Source: Vulcanisaeta distributa DSM 14429 (GTDB taxonomy: Archaea > Thermoproteota > Thermoprotei > Thermoproteales > Thermocladiaceae). From it: DNA of 32,000 nt. Positions 8,888 through 16,799 of the stretch are shown piece after piece; positions within the stretch are counted from its first letter, which is position 1, and every line of letters begins with the position of its first letter. The stretch spans positions 1,350,001 to 1,382,000 of the forward strand of contig NC_014537.1 of the NCBI RefSeq assembly GCF_000148385.1, in the 5' to 3' direction. The notes beneath the pieces were generated by a model. That model was not told the origin of the DNA. It saw nothing but the letters and a program-made list of their open reading frames with translations, and searched no databases. A program made the translations under genes and the position numbers.

Positions 8888-9933
8888 AGGCAATTACCCC
8901 TTAAATCCTCATTAAGCTCCCCAACTCTTCTACTTGCCTCCCTACCATCGTAAATCCTCAATAAGCCCCTTGCGTTACTTTCAATTACTAACAATTCATC
9001 TAAATCCACATTATTTAACATTGCATTAAGCATTTCGCTACTTTGCGTAGTGATTATCCACTGAACATCCTTAGTATCACTCATTAATTCAGCAACCTTA
9101 TTCATTAACCATGGATGCATATGTAACTCCACATTATCATACATCACTATCTCCCTCGATGCGGCAAGGACCATTAATGCCAAGCCTAAGTAACCACTGC
9201 CAAGATACTGTATTGGCCTCTCCCCATCCTTCACAACAAAGACTATGTTATGCTTATCAAACTCATCCGGCTTAAGCCCCATGAAACTTATCTCAACACC
9301 CTCGAAGACCTTATTAAACAGTTTAATGGCTTTGGCGTAATCAACAATCTTCATTAATGAACCAATGAATTGCGGTGTTAATGGATTGGGCGTTGATAGT
9401 GCTATGAAGTCGTAGTTAACGCCATCAATCTTATTAACAGTAATATTAATGCTGTATTGAACTTGCTGTGGAAACATGCTCACCGGTATTACGTCAACCC
9501 TGAGGAAACCCCTCTTGTTTCCTTTTTCAGCAATTGCAGCCTTGGTGAATGGGTTCACAGGCATTAATGGTTGTGCTGAAAATGATGGCTGTTGAAGCTT
9601 AATTAGTTCTTCAATACTTGTGGTCTTGACCTCCACGTCATCAACCATGAGCTTGAATCCGTCGTTCAAGAGCCTATAAAGCCAAAATTCATCCATCCTA
9701 AGGGTTGAAGCCACGGTAAATAGGGATTGTGCACGACTTGGGTCAGTCAGCATCAGTAATGATGCTGCTAATGCCTCGAGTATTGAGGTTTTAAATGAGC
9801 CGTTGCAGCCGGTCAATACGTTAACTCTGCTAAGTGTAAGCTCATTATTTAAACCGCCAGATTTGCCTTTAACACTAACATTAAACTTTCTTCTCCTAAT
9901 CTCCTCAATCATGATCCTCTTAATATGAGCCAT
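8884..9933 (-). CDS. ABC/SMC-like ATPase (AAA_15/AAA_21-type) with substituted catalytic motifs
   Basis: P-loop LTGCNGSFKTSILEAL; signature-like YLGSGYLGLALMVL; Walker B IVMYDNVELHMHP (family-typical DE is DN here); H-loop IITTQSS (usual H is Q). A GAGGT Shine-Dalgarno-like element lies 5-9 nt before the ATG. Confidence 0.7.
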   Translation of the reverse strand: MAHIKRIMIEEIRRRKFNVSVKGKSGGLNNELTLSRVNVLTGCNGSFKTSILEALAASLLMLTDPSRAQSLFTVASTLRMDEFWLYRLLNDGFKLMVDDVEVKTTSIEELIKLQQPSFSAQPLMPVNPFTKAAIAEKGNKRGFLRVDVIPVSMFPQQVQYSINITVNKIDGVNYDFIALSTPNPLTPQFIGSLMKIVDYAKAIKLFNKVFEGVEISFMGLKPDEFDKHNIVFVVKDGERPIQYLGSGYLGLALMVLAASREIVMYDNVELHMHPWLMNKVAELMSDTKDVQWIITTQSSEMLNAMLNNVDLDELLVIESNARGLLRIYDGREASRRVGELNEDLRGNCL

Positions 9934-10068
9934 TAAACCTCACACAATTAAAGTAGTATCATTATGCTATACTATAAAGTTTTAATCCTAACCTTAATCA
10001 TAACTATGCCGTATTTCACGATCATACTCATCTCTTAATCTTAGAAAGCGTCGAAACGATGACCGTGT

Positions 10069-10176
10069 TGGTGCCGGGGCCGGGATTTGAACCCGGGCCC
10101 CCTTGCGGGGACGGACTTTAAGGTTCCCTGCGGAATCTCCAGGCCCGCGCCTTGGACCTGGCTCGGCCACCCCGGC
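10069..10176 (-). tRNA. tRNA-Ser (anticodon GGA), class II, with an approximately 19-nt anticodon-loop intron and encoded CCA
   Basis: Hand fold of the minus strand. Acceptor GCCGGGG/CCCCGGC. Three-bp D stem. Anticodon stem CGGGC/GUCCG. Loop CUGGAG[intron AUUCCGCAGGGAACCUUAA]A. Long variable arm CCCCGCAAGGGG. T arm CCGGG-UUCAAAU-CCCGG. Discriminator A, then CCA. Confidence 0.85.
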
Positions 10177-10200
10177 AAACCAACAAACCATTAACTGCGA

Positions 10201-10206
10201 TTTAAA
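10201..10206 (-). promoter_or_regulatory. TATA box (TTTAAA) for the tRNA-Ser gene
   Basis: It lies 25-30 nt upstream of the tRNA 5' end at 10176 on the minus strand, which is the canonical archaeal promoter spacing. Confidence 0.5.
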
Positions 10207-10221
10207 GCTTTCCTTCATGGA

Positions 10222-11112
10222 CTATGTCCTTACCATCGACCTTTCGATCTCCAATTCCTTCCTAAATATTGATAGTGCATGATCTATATCATTGAGCGGT
10301 ATTCCTAATAATTCAATTGCTCTCTTATTACTTAGGCTACTGTCCCTTGGTCTTCGGGCTTTGTAATTAACATCACTTAGCTTTATTGGTTTTATTAACT
10401 CCTCGTTAAATCCGAAGTGTCTGGCTATGGCCTTTGCGAACTCATACCTACTTAGTCTTGGTCCAACTACGTGTATTATTCCGCTAAATCTCATGTCTAA
10501 TAACTTCACGAAGGCTTCACCAATTATTGTGTTTAATGTTGGTGATGACCACTGATCAGTTATTGCCGTGACCACCTCACCCCTCATCAACTTCTCGACC
10601 ACGGTCTTGCCAAAGTTGGCTCTCCCTGGCCCCGTGCCATAAATCCAGGCAACCCTAATTATGGAACCACCCAATGCTCTTGTGATCTCCTCCGCCATTA
10701 GCTTTGTTAATCCGTAATAATTAACGGGTCTTGGCGCATCATCCTCCGAGTACATACCCCTCTCACCATCAAATACGTAGTCCGTGGATAGGTAGTAAAT
10801 GGCCGAGCCGCTCCTATACGCAGCAGTGAGCAAGTCCCTGCTGGCCACCACGTTAACCCTATAACAAAGCTCTAGCTGCTCCTCGCACTGGTCGACGTTG
10901 CCTATTGCGGCCATGTGTATAACCACGTCGGGCTTATAATCGTTAATTAATCTAGCGGAATCCCTGGTTATGTCGGCCTTAACCACGGTGACGCCGGGTA
11001 TGTTGATGGGGTGCTCATTATAGGTGCCAATAACCTCATACTTATTAACTAGGCTAATGGCTGTTTTATACCCAGGTGATGAACTAACACCAGTAATTAA
11101 TACGATCATCAT
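10222..11112 (-). CDS. rmlD: dTDP-4-dehydrorhamnose reductase
   Basis: N-terminal nucleotide-binding VLITGVSSSPG, the RmlD block YLSTDYVFDG, and a length of about 296 aa. Confidence 0.85.
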   Translation of the reverse strand: MMIVLITGVSSSPGYKTAISLVNKYEVIGTYNEHPINIPGVTVVKADITRDSARLINDYKPDVVIHMAAIGNVDQCEEQLELCYRVNVVASRDLLTAAYRSGSAIYYLSTDYVFDGERGMYSEDDAPRPVNYYGLTKLMAEEITRALGGSIIRVAWIYGTGPGRANFGKTVVEKLMRGEVVTAITDQWSSPTLNTIIGEAFVKLLDMRFSGIIHVVGPRLSRYEFAKAIARHFGFNEELIKPIKLSDVNYKARRPRDSSLSNKRAIELLGIPLNDIDHALSIFRKELEIERSMVRT

Positions 11113-11213
11113 GAATAAATCAAGTCAATTATTTATAAGGAATTTCAGGAAAGGCTTATGGTATGGTCTTACGATTATTAATGAGTAAGGTTAATTAAAC
11201 CACAGGATTACTA

Positions 11214-11300
11214 AGTAGGTTGAGGGAGGACTCGAGAGCCGTGAAGCCCACGGCCCGATGAACTGTCGCTCCTCCGGAGCGGCCACACTCCTTACCTACT
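11214..11300. ncRNA. Candidate structured small RNA of unknown class (strand undetermined)
   Basis: A GC-rich island inside a 327-nt AT-rich divergent intergenic region. AGTAGGT (11214-11220) pairs with ACCTACT (11294-11300). AGGGAG (11223-11228) pairs with CTCCTT (11288-11293). Internal hairpins are GCCGTG-AAGCC-CACGGC (11238-11254) and CGCTCC-TCC-GGAGCG (11267-11281). Confidence 0.3.
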
Positions 11301-11439
11301 CATCCTTTATTGTCATGCATTGCTCATAAACGTGCCTTAACTCATTATTAATGCGTTAATCTCAGTATGTGAAGGTTATGGTTTGGTTTCTCGACTAAAA
11401 TATTTATTGGGGTACTATAAATAATTTGGGGTTACCCAA

Positions 11440-12525
11440 ATGTTATTTAGTATCGAACCTAAGAGCAGGAGAGAGGATCTCTATGATTTTAATCATGAAC
11501 TGGAAATGCTTATGAGGTTCTTAAGGAGTTCGAGGTTAACGTTAGTTACTGGCCTTAGGAGGACTGGTAAGACATCGCTATTAAAGGTTGCACTTAATGA
11601 GGCTGGCATTGATTATGTATACGTAGACGTCAGGCTTAGCTTGTACGCAAGTTACCGTGACGTAATTGACTTATTCATACAGGCACTTAATGAACTTCTG
11701 CGTAGGAGGTCCTCGATTAGGGATAAGATAATTAATGCACTTAGAGGTATCGAGGGCCTAAGGATTTCCGTTAACCCGCCTGAAATTTCGGTTAGGTTTA
11801 GGGGTAAGCCACGGGTTAGTGTTGCCGACCTGCTCATTAGGCTTAATGAGGTTGGTGGGCCTGTGATAATAGCGATTGATGAGGCCCAGGAGTTGAGGAG
11901 GGTTAATTGGCTTAGGTTTGATAGGTTATTTGCTTACATCTTTGATAACTTGCCGAACATAAGGCTGGCACTATCGGGTTCGCAGGTCGGTCTCCTTTAC
12001 GACTTCCTTGGGCTTCACGACCCGAAGGCGCCACTCTTCGGTAGGGCGTACGTGGAGGTTAAGACGAGGAAGCTAAGCCCTGACGAGTCTCTCGACTTCC
12101 TTGAGCGAGGCTTTAACCAATTAGGCATTAACTGCCCTAAGAACGTCCTCGAGAGGGCCGTGGAGACTTTCGATGGTATTATTGGTTGGTTAACGTACTT
12201 CGGCTATACATACTCAATGAGAAGGTCTGCTGACTTTGATGAAATAATGAAGGATGCGGTACAATTGGCGCTTAATGAGTTACGAAACCTAGTTTCCTCG
12301 CTTAGGAGTGTTAGGTATGCCGTGATTTTAAGGGTGTTGGCTAGGGAACCAATGCCCTGGAGGTTAATTAAGCGTAGGCTTGAGGATTATGAAGGCAGGG
12401 AAATAAATGCCGCAACGGTTTCCGAATTACTGGGTAATCTAGTGGACCTGGGCATTGTCGAGAAGGCTGATGATTACTATAGGATTTCCGACCCAGTGTA
12501 CAGGCTCGCTGCCGAGTACCTGTAA
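11440..12525 (+). CDS. Archaeal ATPase family protein (Arch_ATPase, AAA+ with C-terminal wHTH)
   Basis: Walker A GLRRTGKTSLLK and Walker B IIAIDEAQEL. The C-terminal winged-helix-like tail (VSELLGNLVDLGIVEK) is typical of the PF01637/DUF234 architecture. Confidence 0.8.
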   Translation: MLFSIEPKSRREDLYDFNHELEMLMRFLRSSRLTLVTGLRRTGKTSLLKVALNEAGIDYVYVDVRLSLYASYRDVIDLFIQALNELLRRRSSIRDKIINALRGIEGLRISVNPPEISVRFRGKPRVSVADLLIRLNEVGGPVIIAIDEAQELRRVNWLRFDRLFAYIFDNLPNIRLALSGSQVGLLYDFLGLHDPKAPLFGRAYVEVKTRKLSPDESLDFLERGFNQLGINCPKNVLERAVETFDGIIGWLTYFGYTYSMRRSADFDEIMKDAVQLALNELRNLVSSLRSVRYAVILRVLAREPMPWRLIKRRLEDYEGREINAATVSELLGNLVDLGIVEKADDYYRISDPVYRLAAEYL

Positions 12526-12563
12526 GGGTTTAATACGGGCTGTGATTAATACCATCACTACCA

Positions 12564-13715
12564 ATGGACCTAATTAAGTACTTGGAGTTCAAGGAGAGGC
12601 TGAGGAATAGGTTGGAGAATGAGTTGAGCGAGGAGTCGATAGAGAGGGCGAGAAGAGATCCGCATGCAAGGAGGTATCCAAGGCCGTGCGGCATGACGAT
12701 ACACACGGGGGTAGGCTGCACGTACTCATGCACCTACTGCTACATCTACGACATGGGGTTCCCGCACAGGGCCGTGCCATACCCACTAAGCGGTAAGGAA
12801 TTGCTCTATGCATTGACACTAAACCCGTATGTGGTGCTTGGGCCTGGTGGTACGATGCTTGCCATCGGCTCCGTGACCGAGCCCTTCCTACCTGAAACCA
12901 GGGAGAGAGCCCTTGAGTATATCGAGGTCCTGGGCCCACTTGGTAATCCGCTACAGATCAGCTCTAAATCCGTCCTTAGCGATGATTACATAATTAGGAT
13001 CAGGGAGCATGCGCCACGCATTAGCTTTCTCGAAACTGTGGTGTGCCTTAGGGATTGCAGGAAGATAGAGCCCCTGGCACCAGACCCGGTGGATAGGCTG
13101 AGGTTCGCGGGTAGGCTCGTTAAGGCTGGAATAAACGTTTCCCTATTCATAAGGCCAATAATACCCGGTATAACCGATAGGGACGCCCGCGAAATACTGT
13201 CAATGGCGAGGGAGCTTGGTGTGAGGTCTGTGGTGCTTGGTACGCTTAGGGTTACCGCGGGCATCTATGAGAGGCTTAGGGCCGTTAGTATTGACCTAAG
13301 CCTTAGACTACCAGGTAGTAAGTTGGGTAAGGAGCAGGTACCAATTAGAGCCAGGGATTTGAAGGATAAAATATCGTCAATCGCCCGTGGGATGGGCTTT
13401 AGGGTTTATGAGTCAGCATGTGGAGCTAATATCGAGGCTTCTGGACTGGGGTGTTACGCCTGTAAGTGGGGGCCTTGTGGTGATATGAGTAAGTTGCCTA
13501 ATATGGACGCTAATGAGGTTAATGAGTTTATTAAGCACTTAGGTTATTCCGGGCATGTTGAGCAATTAAGGGATAACAGAATCGTTATTAGGCTTGATAG
13601 GGGTGATGCACGTAGGGTTGAGGCCTTGCTCAGAGAATTGCTTAGGCGTGAGGTCATTATTAGGGGTTTCGCAAGGCATCGTTGCTTAGGTAGTATATGC
13701 AGTGATTTTGATTGA
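12564..13715 (+). CDS. Radical SAM protein (SplB/COG1533-like)
   Basis: CxxxCxxC cluster motif in GVGCTYSCTYCYIYD. It starts 38 nt downstream of the ATPase on the same strand. Confidence 0.8.
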   Translation: MDLIKYLEFKERLRNRLENELSEESIERARRDPHARRYPRPCGMTIHTGVGCTYSCTYCYIYDMGFPHRAVPYPLSGKELLYALTLNPYVVLGPGGTMLAIGSVTEPFLPETRERALEYIEVLGPLGNPLQISSKSVLSDDYIIRIREHAPRISFLETVVCLRDCRKIEPLAPDPVDRLRFAGRLVKAGINVSLFIRPIIPGITDRDAREILSMARELGVRSVVLGTLRVTAGIYERLRAVSIDLSLRLPGSKLGKEQVPIRARDLKDKISSIARGMGFRVYESACGANIEASGLGCYACKWGPCGDMSKLPNMDANEVNEFIKHLGYSGHVEQLRDNRIVIRLDRGDARRVEALLRELLRREVIIRGFARHRCLGSICSDFD

Positions 13716-13819
13716 CCAGGTACTTAATGGGTGGATTGCGGTCCGTAAGTTAGTGATTATTACAATGGCTGCCACCTTAAAGTAAGGCAAATTAATTCAT
13801 AAATACATAGTGTATTAAC

Positions 13820-14299
13820 ATGCAGGAGTTGCCTAAGCCTTGGTTTGACCTTGATGGTTATAGGAGGACTAGGTTGCTTGAGGCTAGGTATGAGGCTGAG
13901 TTGGCTAGGAGGTTCCTTGATGAAGGGTTGACTAGGAACGCGGCTGGCAAGGCTTATCAAGCATGGAAGGCTCTTGTGGCTGCATTTGCGGCTGAGAATA
14001 GAGATAAGCTTAAGGATGTATTTAAGGGTGTGGTTAGGCTGAGGGGCAATAGGGTTATTAATAAGGTTGACTGGATCATCGCCTTAATGCCAAGCAATGC
14101 GCTGAAGCGGGTATCGCAGGTGATAGGCGGTGACATTAATGTATATACAAACCTAGCAATAATGCTTCATCAGTATCAATACAATGGGCCGGATAAACAG
14201 GGAATACTCAGCCAGTACTGGGATGATGAATCGGCTAAGGCGGACATCGTGCAGTTATTAAGCGTTATTGACAGGTTATTACGTGAGAAAGGAATCTAA
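13820..14299 (+). CDS. PaREP1 family protein (HEPN-like helical protein)
   Basis: Motifs TRNAAGKAYQAWKALVAAFAA and LHQYQYNGPD are shared with the paralogs at 26304-26813 and 31244-31726. Confidence 0.8.
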   Translation: MQELPKPWFDLDGYRRTRLLEARYEAELARRFLDEGLTRNAAGKAYQAWKALVAAFAAENRDKLKDVFKGVVRLRGNRVINKVDWIIALMPSNALKRVSQVIGGDINVYTNLAIMLHQYQYNGPDKQGILSQYWDDESAKADIVQLLSVIDRLLREKGI

Positions 14300-14369
14300 G
14301 TACCTTTGCTTTCCTCGAAACCACCCTCATTTAAGCATCGTCTCATGTGCGGTAATAAAGGCTTAAATA

Positions 14370-15836
14370 ATGCGTGGACGTGGTTTTACAGTGTCTTCGT
14401 TTAAGTACTCGGACGTTTACAGGATTGTGTATCCAAGGAGGCATGAGGGTATTTATAAGAACCGTGGCGATAATCCCTGGGTATCAATAAGGATTAGGCA
14501 GGGTGTCGGTCGTGACCCAAGCAAGTGGTTTTCGAACCAATTAAGGGTTATTGCCGAGGTCAGTAAGGTTTACGGTGATGGTAGGGCCATGCTCGGCACC
14601 AGGGGTGATATTGAGATCTTCAAGGTCGATTTCAGACTTTTCGATGAGGTAGTAGCCAAGCTTAAGGAGGTCGGCCTTGACCCAAGGGACTCCTGCGGAA
14701 ACTCTGTTAGGAATCCAATACCGTGCACCTCCCAGTTCTGCCCATATGCCCACATAAACGCTGAGGCGTTGTCCACATTCATAGGCGATTACTTTAGGTA
14801 TAGGAGTGAGTATGAGCAACCCTCGTTACCTCACAGAATTAAGATATCAATTTCGGCGTGCGAAAGGGCTTGCGCGGTGCCCGTTGCCCAGGACATAGGC
14901 ATTGTGGCCAAGCCCAATGGTAAGTTCGACGTGTACCTGGGCGGTGGAATAGGTGAGCACGCCTTCAGCGCTAAATTAGCCTTTACTGACGTTGATGCGG
15001 AGGATTTACTACCAATCTGTGTGGGTGTTGCCGAGGTCTTTAGGAGGTCTGGCGAGAGGAGGGGATTCAAGTGGGTGGTTAAGTTACGTGGTCTTGATAA
15101 GGTTAAGGAGGAGGTTATGGCAATAGCCAGGGAGATCAAACCTAAGCTACCCAAGCCGCCCGATTTGACTCCAAGGTTCATTAAGTCAAGGATTGTGAAG
15201 GTCCCATACCCAACTGGCTGGGTTACCGCTGATGAATTGATTAAGTTGGCTGATGTGGCTGAGAGGTATGGGTTTGGCTACGTACTATTATTTAATAACC
15301 AAAGCGTCTACATACCAATCCGTGAGGGGGTCAATAAGATTGAGGAATTGAACAATTATGAGATTAGGGATCCAGGGCCCATATATCCCGAGGGCCCAAT
15401 AACCGTTGCATGCCTAGGGAATGAACTATGCCCACCAGGCCTAATAGACACCACCGGGCTCGGCCGTAAAATACACGTACACTTAAGTAGGCTCAATGAG
15501 CCAATTAGGGTCGGCATTAGTGGGTGCACGCATGATTGCGGCATGTCGTGGGTCTCGGACATAGGTTTCGAACCATTTGGTTCTAAGACGAGGATCTTGA
15601 TAACAATGGGTGGTTCACCGACGGCCCTGGGCTTTGTCATTGGCACGGTTGACCCAGGGGATGCGGAGCTCGCGGCGCAGGTTTTACTTGAGATGTATAG
15701 GGAGTCAGGTGTTCGTGGGGTTAGGGACTTCGTGACTAAGGTTGGCGTTGATACTATTAGGAGCGAGCTGGTTAAACGTGCGCCTTCCTTTAAACCGCCG
15801 GATAAGGACATTAGTATTGTTTTTGGGCCTGACTAG
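14370..15836 (+). CDS. Siroheme/[4Fe-4S] nitrite/sulfite reductase family protein
   Basis: Two NiR/SiR half-domain repeats are present (QLRVIAEVSKVYGDGRAMLGTRGDIEIF and ELIKLADVAERYGFGYVLLFNNQSVYI). Cys motifs are SACERAC in the first half, and a canonical C-x5-C (ACLGNELCP) plus C-x3-C (SGCTHDCG) in the second half. Confidence 0.75.
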   Translation: MRGRGFTVSSFKYSDVYRIVYPRRHEGIYKNRGDNPWVSIRIRQGVGRDPSKWFSNQLRVIAEVSKVYGDGRAMLGTRGDIEIFKVDFRLFDEVVAKLKEVGLDPRDSCGNSVRNPIPCTSQFCPYAHINAEALSTFIGDYFRYRSEYEQPSLPHRIKISISACERACAVPVAQDIGIVAKPNGKFDVYLGGGIGEHAFSAKLAFTDVDAEDLLPICVGVAEVFRRSGERRGFKWVVKLRGLDKVKEEVMAIAREIKPKLPKPPDLTPRFIKSRIVKVPYPTGWVTADELIKLADVAERYGFGYVLLFNNQSVYIPIREGVNKIEELNNYEIRDPGPIYPEGPITVACLGNELCPPGLIDTTGLGRKIHVHLSRLNEPIRVGISGCTHDCGMSWVSDIGFEPFGSKTRILITMGGSPTALGFVIGTVDPGDAELAAQVLLEMYRESGVRGVRDFVTKVGVDTIRSELVKRAPSFKPPDKDISIVFGPD

Positions 15837-15884
15837 CCTATGGAGAATATGCTTTAAAGCATTGTTTACTTAGTTCTTCGGCTT

Positions 15885-16727
15885 ATGATTATTGAGGACT
15901 TACCTGCATTATTAACAGCCGTTATCTGGGCCTGGGCATCAATAATGTATGGAGACTTCATGAAGAGGATGCACCCATTGACGGTGAACTTCCTCAGGAT
16001 GCTTTATGCCTCAGTAGTACTCCTAATCCCGGCAATGGTGCTGGGGCTTAATTACGGAGCCATATGGGGCTCCCTGAGCGGCTTGCTTTCGCTCGTCATT
16101 GGCGACTCACTATACCTATTCTCAATAAACTACTCAGGCGTCTCAATAGCCGCACCAGCATCCTACACCTACATACCATTGACAGTGTTATTCGCGGTAT
16201 TCCTAGGCGAACCACTGACAATAACGAAGCTAATGGCCAGCATATTATTAATACCTGGCGTCTACCTACTATCCCGCGGTGGTGGTTCAAGGAGGGAAAT
16301 TAAGGGTTTATTCCTCGGGCTCGCCGCGGCCGTTGCATGGTCGGCGGGTCAAACAATGATTAAGATTGCCGATATTGCTGGGTTAAATCCCATTTCCATA
16401 GCCTTCACGAGGGTTGCAGCGGCCGGTATCGTACTATTCATGGTTAATCGCCTCACAGGAAGTAACATTGCTAAGGCCGTTAGGGAGACGGTACGTAGTT
16501 ACTTACCCATTATCGCCGTACTTGACCTGGGCCTTGGCGTTGCCCTGTTCGCCCTTTCAATGGATTTAATAGGCCTTGGGCTTACTGTGATACTGACGGG
16601 CTCCATGCCGTTGATAGCGCAGGTCATGTCAAGCATCATGGGTAGGGAGAGGTTCAGTATTGTTAAGTTCCTCGGTGCATTAATAATAGTGGTGGCAATA
16701 ATACTAGTAATGTTGAGTTGGCCCTAA
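15885..16727 (+). CDS. EamA/DMT-superfamily transporter
   Basis: About 10 hydrophobic helices in two similar halves, 280 aa. Confidence 0.8.
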   Translation: MIIEDLPALLTAVIWAWASIMYGDFMKRMHPLTVNFLRMLYASVVLLIPAMVLGLNYGAIWGSLSGLLSLVIGDSLYLFSINYSGVSIAAPASYTYIPLTVLFAVFLGEPLTITKLMASILLIPGVYLLSRGGGSRREIKGLFLGLAAAVAWSAGQTMIKIADIAGLNPISIAFTRVAAAGIVLFMVNRLTGSNIAKAVRETVRSYLPIIAVLDLGLGVALFALSMDLIGLGLTVILTGSMPLIAQVMSSIMGRERFSIVKFLGALIIVVAIILVMLSWP

Positions 16728-16799
16728 AGCTCCTCAATATAAAGCTGGAAATTGAAGGAAAAACAGGGTTGATTTTAAGGGGATGCCCTCTCTAACCTA

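Noticed and set aside
9994-10218. 74-aa ORF on the minus strand
   Set aside because: It is an artefact of the GC-rich tRNA-Ser gene (10069-10176) and its flanks. The sequence folds into a complete class II tRNA with a TATA box upstream, and the ORF has no protein-like features.
8237-10221. Integrated mobile element at tRNA-Ser carrying the ATPase/TOPRIM pair
   Set aside because: I looked for a partial copy of the tRNA 3' end (plus-strand form tggtgccggggccgggatttgaacccgg) at the far border near 8240-8290 and found none. No integrase or transposase is present. The islet idea therefore rests only on AT-richness and position and is kept as an inference inside the main finding.
11214-11300. C/D box sRNA or tRNA/split-tRNA interpretation of the GC-rich element
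   Set aside because: Only a partial GAUGA is present, with no matching CUGA box D or D'/C' pair. There is no GTTCRA T-loop, and the stem order is incompatible with a cloverleaf on either strand.
3267-16303. Other overlapping or antisense ORFs from the track (3267-3461, 3570-3776, 3694-3891, 3993-4232, 4897-5124, 5933-6355, 6440-6622, 7573-7842, 8025-8258, 8617-8799, 11652-11837, 12530-12939, 12986-13264, 13760-13960, 14541-15181, 15356-15811, 16064-16303)
   Set aside because: Each is nested in or opposite a gene with clear family motifs, and none shows a recognisable motif of its own. They are treated as non-coding shadow ORFs.
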